A stretch of 53,763 nt of DNA, the filler included, from Sphacelaria rigidula (lineage: Eukaryota): the NCBI GenBank assembly GCA_964200075.2. It is 5 parts of 5 records of this genome, joined end to end, with 100 filler letters (N's around TTAATTAATTAA, not from the genome) between each part and the next. Parts side by side here need not be neighbours in the genome. Positions count along the whole stretch, not along the records: positions 43,093 to 53,763 come from CAXNAA020006104.1; 4 more parts are not named here. One strand, given 5' to 3'. Position 1 is the first letter of the stretch. Each line of letters opens with the position of its first letter. Under the pieces are notes generated by a model that was not told where the DNA came from, ran no database searches, and saw only the letters and a list, made by a program, of their open reading frames with translations. Below, one piece after another: positions 48,457-53,763 of the stretch. The position numbers were made by a program, and so were the translations under genes.

Positions 48457-49725
48457 ACCGCCGCTGGCGGTATTTACCACAAGTGGCCATTCCTTGTCCC
48501 TGTTCAACTCCCTTTCAACTATGCGTAGTCTTATTTTCATTCTGGCCTCTCACACCTTTAATGATTGCTCTCGTCGGTACCAGACTTTTCTTTCTTGATT
48601 TCTTCCAACACGCCTCAGTGCAATCGTCAGCCTGCACGCTTGTTCAAGTCTTTTCGTTCCTTTACCTTCCCCTTGTCTACCTTCTTGATACCGTGTTCCG
48701 TTCCAAAACCAGATGTCTACACTCGGGACGTGACGAATTTCGTCCGATCCGACATCATCCACGTCAGCTTCCGTTAGTCTCTGTGACTTTTTAGCGGCGT
48801 CGTTTCTTCTCGTTTCGAGCTCCGGTTCTTTCGGCGTTGTTTAGTCTTACAGTAACGTTGTCAAACCAACTTCTTTTTCCCAGTACTTTTCGGGGGCCAG
48901 GATTGGGGGGCATTGGGTGTGTCCTCAGTTTTATTTTGCCTTCGTTCTAAACTGCTCCCGACACATCACGGAAATATCTACTTCTAGCGCCCCGGTGGTG
49001 TATTGATCCGACTGTTGCCATTGGGGCGGAGAGAACGGGGGTTCGATTCCCGATTGGTTGGGTTTTTTCTTCGTTATGTACGATTTCCACCGTGCAAAAC
49101 GTGAGTACGTGGGTGAACAACATTAGTCGACTGGGTTCGTGTGGCGTGGGTTGACGCGGTGCGGAAGTGCTGACCCAATCCGCAAGTGCGAAACGAAAGG
49201 CGCGTACCGGGGGAGAGGTAAGTTAATCCCTCGAGACCACGGACTCATTCCGAGGGGGGGAGGGGGTGAAAGTGTGAGGGGGAGAACAAGAGGGCAGGTA
49301 GATTTGAGGTTCTCGAACTTGGATTAGCTTTTGGTAATTACACCGAGCTAATATTAGGGTGATCAAATCACTTGATGTTGATGCTGAGCCAAGTCAGTTG
49401 ATGTTTCGTCGATGAAGCCATCACCTAATTTCCTTGAACCTGGGATGTTTTTCAATATTATCAATTCTTTTTCAGAGTGGTACTCGCGGCCTGCGACATG
49501 TCGATTCCTGCGTTTGCTGTTCCTACATGTACATCCTGTAGGGGGTGGTAATTTGGTCGTCTAGATCGCACGCCGGTAATTTGCTGGCTTGCAGTGTGTT
49601 CCTCGTTGCTCGATCGGTTTTGGCGGGGTAATTGTTTTCGTGTACAGTTTTTTGTGCAAATACATCCCCTGTCGACTCTTGGTTTTATGGTCATCGGTGG
49701 TGAGTTCCTTGCACCCCGTGACCAC

Positions 49726-49945
49726 TGTAGACTCTAGCCACCATTGTTACCTAGGGACAATTGTAGGTGGAGTTGCGGGTCTGATTGTCGGACTCTGTGA
49801 TGGTGACCTCCATGACGAGTAGGCTTGAATTTGCCATTCTGATGGAGAGAGGCCATGGTCCTGTTCTCCTGTACTATGCTGAGAGTTAATATATGAATAA
49901 CTAAAGCTGCTGAAGTCCATGTGCCCGTGATGAGAGGAGTCCACA
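49726..49945 (+). repeat. 5' LTR (220 bp)
   Basis: TG...CA ends with short inverted termini tgtagactc / gagtccaca. Confidence 0.85.
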
Positions 49946-50473
49946 CGGCGATCTGATCTTGAGTGACAGAAGTCTACAATGAACGTTCAATACGTCCGCT
50001 AAGGCGGTAGGTCCGCTAAAAAGCAGCTGACACTTCAAGATAGGGAAGTCTGCAGGCCTGATCAGTTTGCAGCAAACAAGACCAGCTCAAGGCGGCTTAA
50101 CGTCGCGAGGAGTTGGAGAAGTAGAGCCGAGGAGGTACTGAGGCAGTGCTATGGTGGGGTGTTGTATCGCTCGTGGGAGAGGTGCGGGGGCTTGACCGAC
50201 AGCTGGCGAGCCCGTGCACGTTCCAGAAAAGCGGCGAATTTACTGCCTGGTGGGGCCAGCGAGAATTGCTTGTTCCACGCCTGGCCAGGTACGGTCAGGA
50301 AGAAAATTCTCAGGACTTCAAACACGTGGTGAGACTTGCGTGAGGAAGAGGCGCTGTGGCCATTGTCGCTTGGTGGCCAAGCGCGTCTTGGTATAAGGAG
50401 AGAGTTGTTTCTGTGAGTGGGAGGCGACTTTGTTTTTCAAAAAGGCGTTTGGAGTGCTGTACTACTGACCGAG

Positions 50474-51897
50474 ATGTACGAGGTGCAGGAGTATGTCGCG
50501 GTGGACGGCCATGTTGTTCGTGCGCCGCAACAATATGTTGTCATCGATGGTCGCGCTGTCCGTGTACGGTTTCTGGATATGCCCTACTACGGTCGCAAGT
50601 TCTCGAGTGAAAAACCTACTCAGTTTCTGCGGAAGTATGAGGACTACCTTCGTGAGGTGCACGCCACGAACGAGCGTCAAGCACGCTGGCACGTTGTTGA
50701 GGAGCCCGTGGTCTCTGATCTCATGCCCGCACATATCGAGAACTGTCTATGTGACACATTTTTGGATGGTGCGAATAATGTTGAGCAAGAGAAATTGCTC
50801 TTTGCGCTGCACAAGCATGCATCTTATGCATCGCTGAGTGTGGTGCAAAACGGTGTGAAGGTCGGCGGCGGTGGAGACAGGCACGACATTTTGACGGGCA
50901 AGAACGCGACACAACATAGGCCTGTCCGAGTGCGCAGGCACGAGAGTGCTATAGGCGTGGCCGCTATTGCCGTCGAGGAGCAAGCCGGACAGAAGGTGGC
51001 GGCTGTAGCGAGTATGGGTGATACTGCTGCTGGCGATGTTGAAAGGGCGGGGCCTATATAGGCCAATGAGCAAGTACTGGTGGGCGGAGGTCCCAGTTGC
51101 TTGTTGCCGCCAGACCAGCGCGTAGCTGGAGATACTCCTTGCATGCTCGAAGCTGCAAGGGGTGGTATTCGCGTATAGCGAGCAAGCAGGGTGAGCAAGG
51201 AGCTTGCCGTGCTCATGGTGAATCTGTCTGCGCCAGTGACAGGGCGGAAGGTCGTTCAGATGATTCGCAAGGGTGTCTGCTTGAAGGACAGGCGGATGCC
51301 GGGTTGGCGGAATTGCCGCTCGAGCAGCGCGTAGCTGTGGATACGCCTTGCATGATCGTAACAATAGGGGCGTGTGACCCGCGTGAAGCGGGTACGCAGA
51401 GCGAGCTGCAAGCTCGTGATGCTGTTAGCGATCACTATTCTGACGGCGACGACGAGCGTCGCGTGGTGTTGGGGTGGTCGTGTGCACTGGTGTATGCATG
51501 GACAGCTTTGGCGTATATGGCGGCGTTGACTGCGGTGTCTTTGCCGCTGTACGGTCAGGTGCTGGAGGAGGATGGCGTGATGCCATCGGGAGGTGTTGCT
51601 GTGCGGGACTGTATGGATCTTCCCGTTTTGTCTCTTACTTCCTCTGTAAAAGCGACTGGAGAACGAGCGTTCGTGAATGCGCAAGCATCTGTGGGGGCGG
51701 AGGATCTGTCGCATTGGTTTGGCGGTGCGAATCTACCTTTTAGAGGCGTGTTGAGCTACACCATGGGGGTGCCAGGTGTAGCTAGACTGAAGGTGCAAGG
51801 AGGGAGTGTCCGAGAGGAAAGGCTGCTCTACGCTGTGCACGGAGTTGTGGTTCGAGTGCTGCTGTTTCTCAGGAGCGGGCTGGAGGACTACAAATAA
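50474..51897 (+). pseudogene. Degenerate gag-like ORF of the LTR element
   Basis: ATG at 50474; FSSEKPTQFLRKYEDYLREV is capsid-like; TAG at 51059, then a frameshifted continuation (ORF 51097-51897). Confidence 0.5.
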
Positions 51898-53625
51898 GGC
51901 ATTACCTGAGGTGTTTGCTGTTGTGGTGAGCGCCGAGTTGGGTACTAATGCTGAGGAGCAAGTGCTGTGGTGATTAAGTGCTTGTTGAGAATGAGGAAGC
52001 ACATGAGGGCTGGTATTCGCGAATTGTTTTAGAATGATTTCAGCTTGTTATTGTGGGGTTTGTGGTCATGCTTGCGCATGAAACATGGTTGTTGAGCGAG
52101 TATGATCGTATCGCGTGTGCAGGGTAAACCTCTGGTGTACACGTGGATATTTGGCATGTGTGTGTTGTGCTGATGTGGTTGGCACGGACGATGCATGGCG
52201 TTTGCTTCGAGGAAGGTGGCATTGCATGTGCTGAGTGAAATATTGGCATGCATGTGCGGATTTTCATATGCTGAGTGGAAATTTGGCAGGCATGTGCAAT
52301 TTTTTGCTCGAATGGTACTGATATGAATGGCATCTGGTGACGACCTATGGTGAGGCAGTTTTCAATATACTGCTGTATGCTAAATGAAGTGAAGCTCGTA
52401 TGATCTTGTTCGTGCAGAACACAGTCAAATCATATTTGTGCGGTTTGCACGTATTGACTGCAGGATATATGGATTGCTGCTGTTATCATGAAAATGAGTA
52501 AAAACTACGAAATGCGTAGGCTCGTACTGACAGTAGGAGTCGGTGACACCTGCTGTTAGCGTGAAAATGAGCAGAAAGGTACGAAATGCGTAGGCTCGTC
52601 GTATGTGAGCAGGTATGACGCGAGTGCTTCCGGTGGTTGAAGATAAAGACATTATGCGCGCATGCATCAATGATCTTTGACCCTGGCACGTTTTTGTATG
52701 GATTGTCATCTATTTGAACGAGCACGTGGTTGGTTTTTCGTTCATGTCGGAAGGAGCATGTGGATGATGCGTTCATTTGCTCGAAGAACTGGGGCAGGTG
52801 GACTGCAAGAGTGTCGAGGAATTAATTATTTCTACATTTTGGCTGATGCACGGATGGGATATGACGGTCCAAGATCCAAACGAGATATAGAAATGTCCGG
52901 GATTTGCTCGAAAACCAGAGTTTGAGAACGAGATCACGAGGGGTGATCAATGATGGCGGAGATCGAGGTCCGTTCGCCGTCGTTGAATTAGTATGCACAA
53001 CTTGAATAGCGGTTTGAGTCATGGCTTTCCTTTGATTGTCTTGATGAAATCATGGCAAGTTGAAGCATTGAAGCTTTGACGGCGGGGAGGCATGCGATGC
53101 ATACGTTTTTTACGGTGTTGCAGAATCAGGAGGCCAGGTGCGTTTTAGACGTGTTGGGTGCTTATTTGCTTCTAGCGTGAGGATGATGTATCATGTGGCT
53201 GTTGCACTCCGTTGCGCAGGTGTTAAACGTACAAAAAGTGCATTTTGTATGTTGAGAAGTACCTTGTCTCGGATGAGAGGGACGATGAGTCACGAATGCT
53301 CTGGAATTTGCCGTTCGCTGACATTTCCGGTTTCGTGCCGATGAAGAGTCAAGAGACTTTTTTTGGGAAAGATTTGAGAATTCGGCGCTTTGTCTTTCAA
53401 GTGGTTCAAGTAGCGTGATTGCATGTTCATGATGGACGATATTTTCTTGGAATCTCTCGCGAGTTGTTTGGAAATGGGGCAAGCTTGTATGAAGCTGTTG
53501 TCGAAAGCAGCGGAAAAAAATGCCATTCTTTGCCGAAAACGACGGTTCTACCAGGCACCAATGATATCTGAGTTTGTCAAGCTCTGATGTAACTACTTGT
53601 TGGTAGTAGAGAGCTTTGGGGGTGC

Positions 53626-53763
53626 TGTAGACTCTAGCCACCATTGTTACCTAGGGACAATTGTAGGTGGAGTTGCGGGTCTGATTGTCGGACTCTGTGA
53701 TGGTGACCTCCATGACGAGTAGGCTTGAATTTGCCAGTCTGGTGGAGAGAGGCTATGGTCCTG
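53626..53763 (+). repeat. 3' LTR, truncated by the contig end
   Basis: 138 bp matching the 5' LTR with 3 substitutions. Confidence 0.9.

Larger units (their letters stand above)
49726..53763 (+). mobile_element. LTR retroelement, apparently non-autonomous (gag-like ORF, no recognisable pol)
   Basis: Two direct LTRs starting at 49726 and 53626; purine-rich agagagctttggggg before the 3' LTR; cggcgatc (PBS-like) after the 5' LTR. Confidence 0.85.

Noticed and set aside
48987-49055. tRNA gene (GGTTCGATTCCCG B box)
   Set aside because: No acceptor stem or proper D/anticodon arms; more likely a degenerate SINE head

Overview
Eukaryotic DNA that looks like a brown alga (Phaeophyceae-type): short exons, kb-sized repeat-filled GT-AG introns and many poly-C/G tracts. 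The window is not one locus. It is five unplaced contigs of 10675, 10674, 10672, 10671 and 10671 bp, sorted by length and joined by artificial 100-bp N44-TTAATTAATTAA-N44 linkers. Contig A carries six in-phase exons of a TMEM185-like membrane protein, with MITE/SINE-rich introns. Contig B is dominated by a degenerate, intronless, ~6.8-kb coding region of an Academ (AcademX-type) DNA transposon: DDE transposase, XPG/FEN1-like nuclease, Cys-rich tail and 33-aa repeats. Contig C has the last exon of a TCAIM/DUF4461-like gene, WD40 exons, EF-hand exons that splice in phase onto the WD40 exons, and a divergent first exon with an N-terminal membrane anchor. Contig D has a foldback-like element with long modular inverted arms and the terminal exon of a bZIP-PAS transcription factor. 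Contig E has a tRNA-derived SINE, a Tc1/mariner-type MITE, a Cys-rich ORF and a young LTR retroelement with a gag-like ORF and no recognisable pol. All family assignments come from motif recognition by eye; no database search was run.
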